A DNA stretch of 64,000 nt from Tepidiformaceae bacterium (GTDB lineage Bacteria; Chloroflexota; Dehalococcoidia; Tepidiformales; Tepidiformaceae). Under the pieces are notes generated by a model, which had not been told where the DNA came from, ran no database searches, and saw nothing but the letters and a program-made list of their open reading frames with translations. The stretch lies in contig OZ253575.1 in the NCBI GenBank assembly GCA_965262975.1, forward strand, positions 2,530,951-2,594,950, given 5' to 3'. The translations under genes and the position numbers were made by a program. Numbering within the stretch: the stretch's first letter is position 1; each line of letters starts with the position of its first letter. This document shows, one piece after another, positions 9,640 through 17,519 of this stretch.

Positions 9640-12600
9640 CTAGAGCTCGCCGATGCGCAGGGCGCGATGCAGGGCCAGCCGCGAGTAGAGGCGCGCAAGG
9701 GCGGCCACGGTGGCGATGAAGACGAGGGCGAGCAGGCCGTAAACGGAGAGCACGGTCTCCCAGCTTACCTGCGAAAGGAGGGGTGGGACCACGTCGCTGC
9801 CGTCCTCGGTGAGGGCGATGGCGCCGATCATGAGGCGTCCGAGGGGGAATCCGAGGGCTGTACCGGCGGCCACGCCCGCGATGATCACGAAGAGTTGCTC
9901 GAATCCGACCACCCCCACGATCTGGCGTCCGGAGAAGCCCATCGTGCGGAGGATGGCGAATTCCAGCGAGCGCGTCTGCGCCGCCAGGTAGGAGAAGACG
10001 ATGAAGCCGAGGGCCGTGAGCAGCAGCACCGCCCCGAAGGAGAGGAAGAGGATTCCCTCCCAGCTGGCGGCGATCAGCGGGTCGGAGGATTCGATCGCGA
10101 AGATGGCGGCGCCGTCGTAGACCTCGCGGGCGCGGAAGCCTTGCTCCTCCAGCCACTCGTCCGTGAGCTCTATCCCCTCGACACTTCCCAGCCACACCTC
10201 GTTCACGGCGATGCCGCCGGCCACCCGCGGGATGCCCGCACCGGCGTCCCGGAGGGCGGCGAGATCGGCGACGAGCAGGTGGTCGCGCGGGCCCGGGTAG
10301 AAGCCGGGGAAGAGCTTGAAGGCGCCGGTGATCTTCACCTTGAGCAGCTGGCGGTTTACGCGTACGGGGATGGTGTCGCCGGGGCTGGCCTCGATTGCCT
10401 CCAGGAACGACTCGCTGGCAAGCACGCGCAGCGGTGCGGGCGAGCGGCGCAGGCGCAGTCCCACCGCGGTTACGGAGAAGCTGTCGTAGTTGAAGGAGAT
10501 CTGGACGGCGTAGCGCCCGCGGTCGTTGTCGATGTCGGCGCGCGTGACGGTCGTCTCGGCGGCCCCGGAGGCGCCCGTGATGGACTGGTAGCGGTCGAGC
10601 GATTCGAACGGCTCGATCACGACGGCGTCGGCGGCCCCCCCACCCTCGGGGTAGGCGACAATGTCGTCGACCAGGGCGGTGACGCGTCCGGGGGCGGCGG
10701 CGAAGCGGCGCACGCTGAGGAAGACGGACTCGATTTCCAGCGTCGAATCGAGATCGGGCGGGCGGTCGCGGGGGTTGAAGGGGCGGGTGAGGTCGACGAC
10801 ATAGAGGAGCCAGCCGTCGTCTTCCTCGACCGGGTCGCTCACGAACAGGTACTCGAAGTGGAGGCCGTTCTCGTCGCGCAGGCGAATGCCGGGGCGGGCG
10901 GCGCGGTCGGGCAGGGAGATGCGCGTCCAGAGGCCGAGGGCGCGCGAGCCGGGGGGCACAATGGCGCCGTCGGGCAGGTCCGCGTCCTCGTCGGGCTGAA
11001 GGCTGGCGAGGAGCGAGTCGAGGTCGCCAAAGTCGTCCCGCCAGAAGGCGACCTCGGCGAAGTCTTCGCTCACGCCGAGGAGCTCCGCGGGGGTGGAGCG
11101 CCCGGTGAAGGGGGCGTAGGACACCTCGATGCGGGCGGCCGCGCTGGCGCGGTCGAGCCCGTCGATCGATTCGATGGACTCCTCCAGCCGCTCGGCGGAG
11201 AGGCGCGAAGGCTCGCGGATGTCGACGAGGCGGCCGGGAGCGCCGGCCTCGTAGGCGGCGCGGTCCTCGAAACTGCGGTCGAGCGTGGCGCGGAATCCGG
11301 CGGCGAACATGCCCACGGAGGTTGCCAGGAGGAGCAGCAGGATGAGGCGGCTGTAGTGGAGCGGGCTTCGCACCATGCGCCAGAGGCCGAGCAGGATGGT
11401 GGCCCCGCTCAGGCCCCGCAGCGCCCATGAGGCGACCGCCAGAACGACCGGGAACAGCCGCAGGAAGACGAGCGCGATCATCAGCATGAAGAGCGCGGGC
11501 GAGACCAGCAGGAGCGGGTCGGCGGAGAGGTCGCCGAAGAGGTTCTCGGTTACGAGCGAGCCCCGCTGGCGTAGCTGGTAGAAGAGAAAGGCGCCCACGG
11601 CCACGAGCACGAGGTCGAGGTAGTAGCGCAGGAAGAGCGGCTGCCTGGTGGGCCGGGCGAGGCTCTGCTTGAAGTGAACCATGCTCGCTTCGGAGGCGCG
11701 GTAAGCGGGCCAGAGCAGCGCGACCAGCGCGAGCAGCGCTCCGAGGGCGGCCAAGCCGAACGCCTCGGCGGTGAGCGTCACCTGCAGCAGCTCACCTTGG
11801 CTGAGGTCGGAGAAGGGGGGCGTCGGGCCCAGCAGGCGGATGACGCCCGAGGCCAGCAGCGGCCCGAGGACCACCGCGAAGATGGTGAGCACCGAGCCCT
11901 CGATCAGGTAGACGGTCATGATCTGGCCGAGGCCCGCCCCGCGGCTCTTCAGGAGCGCGATCTCGCCCGCCTGGCGCTCGACCAACATCGTCGCCACCAG
12001 CACCAGGTAGTAGAGCGCGATGCCGACGATGAGCAGCATGAGCGCGAAGAGCGGAAGCCGCGTGAAGAACAGCTTCTCCTGGTACTCGGCGATGACGTCC
12101 ACCAGCTCCGTGTCGAGCGACGACAGCTCCAGCTGCGCGCGGATCTCGCGTTCGAGCGCACGCAGGTTGCGCTCCACCGTCTCGGCGTTGCGGCTGTTGA
12201 CGCGCTCGCGGTCGATGAAGGCGTAGGTCTCGAAGGTGCCGTCGATGGAGGGGAGGTAGGGGGCCAGTACCTCCACGAAGGTGCGCTCGTCGATGACGAA
12301 GGGGAAGGTGGGCCAGCGCGTGCCGTCGACCACGAGGCGGTAGGCGTTGCCGAACCAGTAGTCCTCGGTGGGGTCGGAGGGCTCGAACAGTCCGGCGACG
12401 GTGACTTCGACGGGGTCGACATCGTCGCGCCAGAAGGGGTGGAGGTCGAAGGTGTCGCCCACGCTGATGCCGAGCTGGCGGGCGGCGGTGGCGGCGATCC
12501 AGACTTCGATGCTGGGCCGCAGGGAGGGGTCGGTGGTGGGAGGAGAGGCGGCTGCGGGGCCGCCCTCGACGAGCGTTACGTGGGCGCCGATGTCGGAGAA

Positions 12601-12999
12601 GAAGAGGAAGTGGGCGCGGGCGCGCAGTTCGTCGTCGTCGTCGATGGGCACGCCGGGCTCGGCCAGGAAGAAGGTGGAGGAGCGCGCGTAGACGCCCGTG
12701 TCCTCGATGAGGCTCCCGGCGTAGCGCTGCAAGAGCGTGAAGGTAGCCTCGCGGCGCTCCTTGTAGATGTCGGTCTCGCCAGGCTGGCTGTTACTGATGA
12801 CCTTGAGGTCGAGCTCGAGGGGTTCCTGCTGGCGGAGGGTGAAGCTGAGGCCGAGGTCGCGCACGGCGTCGGAGTAGAGGATGACGCTCGACATGAGGGC
12901 GGAGGCGAGGACCATGCCGAAGATGACGGTGACGAGCAGCCGCCAGTTCGCGAGGCTCCGCTGGGCGACGATGCGCAGGAGGGAGGCAAAGCTGTTCAT
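9640..12999 (-). CDS. Very large ABC transporter permease with two FtsX-type modules (1119 aa)
   Basis: N-terminal TM (LLVTVIFGMVLASALMSSVILY), then large extracytoplasmic regions. There are two FtsX-like 3-4 helix bundles, with EIALLKSRGAGLGQIM and EFAILRTMGFSGRQIV motifs. It sits directly upstream of two NBD genes. Confidence 0.88.
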   Translation of the reverse strand: MNSFASLLRIVAQRSLANWRLLVTVIFGMVLASALMSSVILYSDAVRDLGLSFTLRQQEPLELDLKVISNSQPGETDIYKERREATFTLLQRYAGSLIEDTGVYARSSTFFLAEPGVPIDDDDELRARAHFLFFSDIGAHVTLVEGGPAAASPPTTDPSLRPSIEVWIAATAARQLGISVGDTFDLHPFWRDDVDPVEVTVAGLFEPSDPTEDYWFGNAYRLVVDGTRWPTFPFVIDERTFVEVLAPYLPSIDGTFETYAFIDRERVNSRNAETVERNLRALEREIRAQLELSSLDTELVDVIAEYQEKLFFTRLPLFALMLLIVGIALYYLVLVATMLVERQAGEIALLKSRGAGLGQIMTVYLIEGSVLTIFAVVLGPLLASGVIRLLGPTPPFSDLSQGELLQVTLTAEAFGLAALGALLALVALLWPAYRASEASMVHFKQSLARPTRQPLFLRYYLDLVLVAVGAFLFYQLRQRGSLVTENLFGDLSADPLLLVSPALFMLMIALVFLRLFPVVLAVASWALRGLSGATILLGLWRMVRSPLHYSRLILLLLLATSVGMFAAGFRATLDRSFEDRAAYEAGAPGRLVDIREPSRLSAERLEESIESIDGLDRASAAARIEVSYAPFTGRSTPAELLGVSEDFAEVAFWRDDFGDLDSLLASLQPDEDADLPDGAIVPPGSRALGLWTRISLPDRAARPGIRLRDENGLHFEYLFVSDPVEEDDGWLLYVVDLTRPFNPRDRPPDLDSTLEIESVFLSVRRFAAAPGRVTALVDDIVAYPEGGGAADAVVIEPFESLDRYQSITGASGAAETTVTRADIDNDRGRYAVQISFNYDSFSVTAVGLRLRRSPAPLRVLASESFLEAIEASPGDTIPVRVNRQLLKVKITGAFKLFPGFYPGPRDHLLVADLAALRDAGAGIPRVAGGIAVNEVWLGSVEGIELTDEWLEEQGFRAREVYDGAAIFAIESSDPLIAASWEGILFLSFGAVLLLTALGFIVFSYLAAQTRSLEFAILRTMGFSGRQIVGVVGFEQLFVIIAGVAAGTALGFPLGRLMIGAIALTEDGSDVVPPLLSQVSWETVLSVYGLLALVFIATVAALARLYSRLALHRALRIGEL

Positions 13000-13033
13000 G
13001 AAGCGTCAGGGAAGCGTACAGGAGAGCGCCGTG

Positions 13034-13681
13034 TCATGACTCTCTGCGCGGGGCTGCGGGTCGCACGCGGGCGACGCTGTAGTCGGTTGGGTCGCGGACG
13101 GACTCGTAGTCCGTGAGCTCCAGGCGGTGGCACCAGGTGGAGGGTCTTCGTAGTCGGAGTTCGCTGCCCTTGCCGCTCGACAACCACGCGGCGGTTTCGG
13201 CGCGTTCGCGCCCAAAACGGGTGGCGACGAACTCGAGGGCCGGGAGCAGGTCGGTGTCGGTCGAACAGATGATGCCGGTGTCGTAGGCGCCGTCGATGGC
13301 GCCCGCGACGAAGTCGATTGCGAGCTGCACGTCGATCCCCTTCTCCTCGGCGCGCTGTTCAGGCCAGCGTCGCGGGTACCGCAGGGGGCGGGTGATGACG
13401 ACCGCGCCGGACTGCTCCCAGGCGTGGCACTGGCGTCTATGTGCTCCGTAGGTCTTTGGATCCCTGGTGGCATCTGGTCGACCCGAGTAGACGCGCACTT
13501 GTTCAAGGACGCGGGGCTCGGAGGCAGGGTGGTAGGGGTTCTCGCGACCACAGAGAAGCCTCCCGAGTTCAACTGGGGCGATCTGGCCTACTCGGCGATG
13601 GGACCTGCTCGTCTGGGAGAAGGCACGGGCCCCTTGGTAGACGTTCTGGGCGTCAACGAAGACCGCGACTCGATTGACCAT
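13034..13681 (-). CDS. NYN-domain (LabA/DUF88-like, PIN-fold) putative RNase
   Basis: 215 aa: MVNRVAVFVDAQNVYQGAR...EKGIDVQLAIDFVAGAIDGAYDTGIICSTDTDLLPALEFV. These are the conserved acidic residues of the NYN/LabA fold. No SD; the start codon lies 6 nt after a U-tract. Confidence 0.8.
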   Translation of the reverse strand: MVNRVAVFVDAQNVYQGARAFSQTSRSHRRVGQIAPVELGRLLCGRENPYHPASEPRVLEQVRVYSGRPDATRDPKTYGAHRRQCHAWEQSGAVVITRPLRYPRRWPEQRAEEKGIDVQLAIDFVAGAIDGAYDTGIICSTDTDLLPALEFVATRFGRERAETAAWLSSGKGSELRLRRPSTWCHRLELTDYESVRDPTDYSVARVRPAAPRRES

Positions 13682-13686
13682 CGGCT

Positions 13687-13786
13687 CAAGAAAAACCCCC
13701 GCCAGTGCGCCACAAGTGACGGACGACGGGGAACATTCACCCTAACGGGCACTACCCAGTGTGTGCTGCCGTCCAGCATTTGTCAA
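13687..13786 (-). repeat. Module 1: TTGACA box, 28 nt, then a 66-nt hairpin/U-tract unit abutting the NYN start (candidate leader/sRNA with intrinsic terminator)
   Basis: Minus strand: TTGACA (13786-13781), 28 nt, then GUGCCCGUUAGGGUGAAUGUUCCCCGUCGUCCGUCACUUGUGGCGCACUGGCGGGGGUUUUUCUUG (13752-13687). CCCCGUCG pairs with UGGCGGGG and is followed by UUUUUCUU. It is a direct repeat of module 2. Confidence 0.75.
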
Positions 13787-13885
13787 GGGCATAAGTTGGT
13801 CTCCCGAGAAGTAAACGAACGACGGGCGCTCGGGCGGCATGAGGAGCCTGCGAAGCCGCCCAGCGAAAGAACGAGGGGGTGTGGA

Positions 13886-13986
13886 CAAGAAAAACCCTCG
13901 CCAGTGCGCCAGCAAATAGAGAACGACGGGGAACAGTGGCCCTATCGGGCGCCCCCCTTCTCTGGTCTCGCTGGAGACGGTGTCAA
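13886..13986 (-). repeat. Module 2: TTGACA box, 28 nt, then a 67-nt hairpin/U-tract unit, 200 bp upstream of module 1
   Basis: Minus strand: TTGACA (13986-13981), 28 nt, then GCGCCCGAUAGGGCCACUGUUCCCCGUCGUUCUCUAUUUGCUGGCGCACUGGCGAGGGUUUUUCUUG (13952-13886). The stem arms and 5' end are conserved with module 1, while the apical loop and the 28-nt spacer are diverged. Confidence 0.75.
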
Positions 13987-14046
13987 CGCCACGCGTCGTA
14001 GGTGGGGGAGCGCTTGAGGGGCGGAGACCGCTACCCTTGTGCGGCT

Positions 14047-17000
14047 ATGCGGGGCTTGGCCGTTCTCTGGGGGTTGCTGCTGCGCCACGGCGCGGCCAGC
14101 TGGCGAATGCTGGCTGTGCTGGCGCTGGGCGTGCTCGTGGCCTCGACGCTGCTGGCGAGTGCGCCCATCTACGCGCGCGCCATGGCCGACCTCGGGCTCA
14201 AGTTCACCGTTCGCGATGAGCTGCGCGACGAGCCCTCCATCCGTGTCGGCATTGAGGCGCAGCAGCTCGCCACACCCGACTCGCTTGCGGCCCGTGCGGC
14301 GGTCGAGAACCGCATCGACGAGCGGCTCGGCTGGTTCGCGCTTGATCGCTCCATGGTGGTCGAGTCGGCGCGCCTCACCGTCGGGACGACGGGCGCGGAG
14401 CCACGGGCGGGCACCGCTCTGGCCGTGCTCTACGCGGTCGAGGGTTTCGAGCAGCATGTCCTGGTGCAGGAGGGGCGCCTGCCCCTTCCCACCGGTCCCG
14501 ACGGCCCCGTGGAGGTGGTGATGGGCGCCCGCGCGGCGGCGGTCGCGCGGCTGGACCTGGGTGACGAATTCCTGCTGATCGAGGAGTTCGACAATTGCGA
14601 CCGCATCATCCCGGCGGGGCTACAGCCGCAGTTGCCCTGCGACCTGAAGGTGCTCGTGCGCTACTCCATGCCCGCGGTGCTCACGGGCATCATCGCGATC
14701 GAAGACGCGGACAGCTCCTTCTGGTCGGCGGCCAGCGACCGCTATGTGCAGCCGGCCGCGCCGATTGCGGACTCGGGGCTCGTCTCGCCCATGGTGGCGC
14801 ACCTTGATGCCGTGCTGGGTGACGTGGCCGTGCGCTACCCGGGCCAGCGCCTGAGACTGCGCTGGAACGTCCTCGCCGATATTGACCAGCTCGACCAGGG
14901 CAACTTCCAGCGGGCGCGGGCGGACATGCTCGACCTCAACCAGGACCTGCGCGTCTACAACGGCTATGCCATCAGCCCGCTCGCGGTCACGCTCGATGCG
15001 TTCGGCCGGAGCGCCGACTTCCAGCGTGCGCCCCTCACCATCCTGCTCGTGCAGATCGCGGCGATCGCGCTCTTTTACGTGGCCCTCATCTCCGTGGCGG
15101 TGGTGGAGCGCCAGGGCGAGCAGATCGCCCTGCTGCGCGGTCGCGGGTCGAGTACGAGCCAGATCGTCGCCCTCTACGCGCTCGAGGGGCTGGCCCTGGC
15201 GCTGCCGGCCATTCTCGTGGCGCCCTTCATCGCGGGGGGCGTGACGGCCCTGCTCGGGTTCACGCCCGTGTTCAACGACATCTCCGGTGGCGACCTGCTG
15301 CCGGTCTCCTTTGAGCCGCTCGCCTTCCCCCTGGCCGCGCTCGGGGCCCTGCTCTCGATCGTGGCGCTGACGGCGCCTGCCTTCGTGGTGGCGCGCCGAG
15401 GGCCGCAGGGACAGCGGCGGGCGCTGGCGCGTCCCGCAGCCAGCCTCATCCAGCGCTACTACCTCGACGTGGTGCTGGTCGGGTTCGCCCTGCTGGCCCT
15501 GTGGGAGCTGAACGAGCGCAACTCGGTCTACACGCCCTCCTCCACGGGCGGCGTCTCGAGCGACCCGCTGCTGCTCGCCTCGCCAGCGCTCATCATCGCG
15601 GCGTCGGCGGCCGTGCTGGCGCGTCTCTACCCGATCGTGCTGCGGGTGATCGTGCGGGTGGCGGGTCGCGTGGTCGGGGTGGCCGTGGCGATGGGGCTGT
15701 GGCAGCTGGTGCGCCGACCGGGACCGTACACGCAACTCGCCCTGCTCCTGATGATGGCCGTGGCCGTGGGCATGTTCGCGGCCAGCTACACGAGCACCAC
15801 CGAGCGCTCCTACGAGGATCGCGCCCGCTTCGCCGCGGGCGTGGAGCTGCGCGCGGGCGCCTCCGATGCCACCTTCCTGCCCTCCGACCCCGCGAGACTG
15901 GAGGCCGAGCTGGAGGCGGTCGAGGGTGTGGAGAATGCCTCGGCCGTCATGCGCCTGGAGGGCGAGATCGCCACGCCCAACAGCGCCGGTCCGGAGGTGG
16001 CCGTGCTTGCGGTGTCGGAAGAGGCAGGCGACCTGCTCTGGTGGCGCGAGGACTTCGCCGAGCGCACGCTCGACGCCATCCTCGACCGCGTCGACAGCGG
16101 CGACATCCTGAGGGGCGTGCCCATCCCGCCCGCCGCGGCAGAACTCTCTGTATGGGTGAATCCGGAGTTGCAGCGCACCACCGTAACGGTGTGGGCGCGC
16201 GTGCGCGATGCCACCGGCCGGCACCACCTGCTGCCCTTCGGCAAGCTCGACTTCCGCGGTTGGCGCGAGTTGCGCGCTCCTATCGAGAGCCGCGGCTTCC
16301 GCCCGCTGGAGGAGCCGCTCTCGCTGATCGCGCTCATCCTCACGGAGCCCGCGAACCAGTTCAACGCGAGCGAAGACCCCGTGTATATCGACGATCTCTC
16401 GTCGGTGGATCCGGATGGCTCCCTCAACCTGCTGGAGGGCTTCGAAGGGATCGTGCGCTGGGAGGCGATCCCGAGCGCCGCGCGGTCGACGGACAGCCTG
16501 CAGCTGAGCCGCGATGAGGCGCACTCGGGCTCGCAGGCGGCGCGGCTCGAGTTCCGGCGCGGCACCACGGGCGAGCGGCGCGGGCTCTTCCCCGCCGATC
16601 GCGGCATTCCCCTGCCCGTCCTCGCCAGCGAGGCCTTCCTGGAGGAGAACAGCCTGGTGGTCGGCAGCGAGGACCTGCTCGAGATCGATAATCTCATCGT
16701 GCCCTTCGTTGTGCGCGGGGTGTACGAACGCTTCCCCACGCTGCCAACGCTCGACGGCCCCTCGGTGGTGCTGAACCGCGACCAGCTGCTGCGCTGGGGG
16801 TACATGGTGAGCACCACGCCGGGCGACCTCTCGCGACCGAACGAGGCGTGGCTCGACCTGGCCCCCGGGGCCGACCGCGAGCTCCTGACGGAGGCGCTCG
16901 AAGGGTTTGGTCTGCGGCGCGTGGTCGACCAGGAAGCGACACTCGCCTCGGTACGCTCGAACCCGCTCATCGCCGCCAGTGGCACGGGCATCCTCTCCAT

Positions 17001-17397
17001 CTCGTTCGTCGCGACGATGGCGCTTGTGGCGGTGGCGCTGCTGGTCTCGCTCTGGATGGCGCTGCAGCGGCGGCGGGTGGAGTTCGCGGTGCTGGGGGCG
17101 ATCGGGCTGACGCGCCGCCAGGTGATGGGCGTGCTCGGTCTGGAGTACGCCATCGTGGGGGTGGTGGGCGTGGCCGCGGGCGTGCTCGTGGGGCAGTTCG
17201 TGGGGCGGCGCATGCTCTCCTTCCTCGACGTGACGGAGGCGGGCCTGCCCGTCGAACCGGGGTTCGTGCTGCAGACGGACTGGACGTTCGTGGTGGTGGG
17301 CGCGGCCGTGGTGGCGGTTGTCTTTGCCATCGCCCTCATCGGCGCCGTGCGGGCGATGGCGCGCACGTCCGATGCGGCCGCCCTCCGCACGGAGTAG
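14047..17397 (+). CDS. Second very large FtsX-type ABC permease (about 1116 aa), divergent from the NYN-ABC operon
   Basis: ORF 14002..17397. ATG 14047 gives MRGLAVLWGLLLRHGAASWRMLAVLALGVLVASTLLASAPIYARAM, the same N-terminal design as the 9640..12999 product. FtsX-like motifs: QIALLRGRGSSTSQIV and EFAVLGAIGLTRRQVM. Confidence 0.88.
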   Translation: MRGLAVLWGLLLRHGAASWRMLAVLALGVLVASTLLASAPIYARAMADLGLKFTVRDELRDEPSIRVGIEAQQLATPDSLAARAAVENRIDERLGWFALDRSMVVESARLTVGTTGAEPRAGTALAVLYAVEGFEQHVLVQEGRLPLPTGPDGPVEVVMGARAAAVARLDLGDEFLLIEEFDNCDRIIPAGLQPQLPCDLKVLVRYSMPAVLTGIIAIEDADSSFWSAASDRYVQPAAPIADSGLVSPMVAHLDAVLGDVAVRYPGQRLRLRWNVLADIDQLDQGNFQRARADMLDLNQDLRVYNGYAISPLAVTLDAFGRSADFQRAPLTILLVQIAAIALFYVALISVAVVERQGEQIALLRGRGSSTSQIVALYALEGLALALPAILVAPFIAGGVTALLGFTPVFNDISGGDLLPVSFEPLAFPLAALGALLSIVALTAPAFVVARRGPQGQRRALARPAASLIQRYYLDVVLVGFALLALWELNERNSVYTPSSTGGVSSDPLLLASPALIIAASAAVLARLYPIVLRVIVRVAGRVVGVAVAMGLWQLVRRPGPYTQLALLLMMAVAVGMFAASYTSTTERSYEDRARFAAGVELRAGASDATFLPSDPARLEAELEAVEGVENASAVMRLEGEIATPNSAGPEVAVLAVSEEAGDLLWWREDFAERTLDAILDRVDSGDILRGVPIPPAAAELSVWVNPELQRTTVTVWARVRDATGRHHLLPFGKLDFRGWRELRAPIESRGFRPLEEPLSLIALILTEPANQFNASEDPVYIDDLSSVDPDGSLNLLEGFEGIVRWEAIPSAARSTDSLQLSRDEAHSGSQAARLEFRRGTTGERRGLFPADRGIPLPVLASEAFLEENSLVVGSEDLLEIDNLIVPFVVRGVYERFPTLPTLDGPSVVLNRDQLLRWGYMVSTTPGDLSRPNEAWLDLAPGADRELLTEALEGFGLRRVVDQEATLASVRSNPLIAASGTGILSISFVATMALVAVALLVSLWMALQRRRVEFAVLGAIGLTRRQVMGVLGLEYAIVGVVGVAAGVLVGQFVGRRMLSFLDVTEAGLPVEPGFVLQTDWTFVVVGAAVVAVVFAIALIGAVRAMARTSDAAALRTE

Positions 17398-17483
17398 GAG
17401 AGCGCTTCGCTGTCGCCGCTGAGTGGAGCGCTCGGCGCTGCGCGCGGCTGAGTTGGGGCGCAGAGCAATTTCTCGAAACGGAC

Positions 17484-17513
17484 GGGGTAATTCGAGGGTT
17501 TGGGCTCTAGGGT
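17484..17513 (+). promoter_or_regulatory. Conserved promoter-like box GGGGTAATTC-N14-TAGGGT (copy 2 of 5)
   Basis: GGGGTAATTC gagggtttgggctc TAGGGT, then 6 nt (gagccc) to ATG 17520, implying a leaderless mRNA. Confidence 0.55.
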
Positions 17514-17519
17514 GAGCCC

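Noticed and set aside
8714-11428. 904-aa minus-strand ORF as a single gene
   Set aside because: Only the last 305 aa form a bona fide ABC NBD, from ATG 9631. The upstream 600 aa are Arg/Pro-rich out-of-frame read-through across the FtsX permease gene 9640..12999.
13687-13986. Assignment of the NYN-upstream modules to a known small riboswitch class (guanidine-II/III, fluoride, preQ1)
   Set aside because: From memory of those consensus motifs (ACGR tetraloop hairpins, the guanidine-III pseudoknot, crcB conserved nucleotides) I see no convincing match. ACGG/ACGA strings occur only on the opposite strand. The modules are left as unclassified pending an Rfam/Infernal scan.
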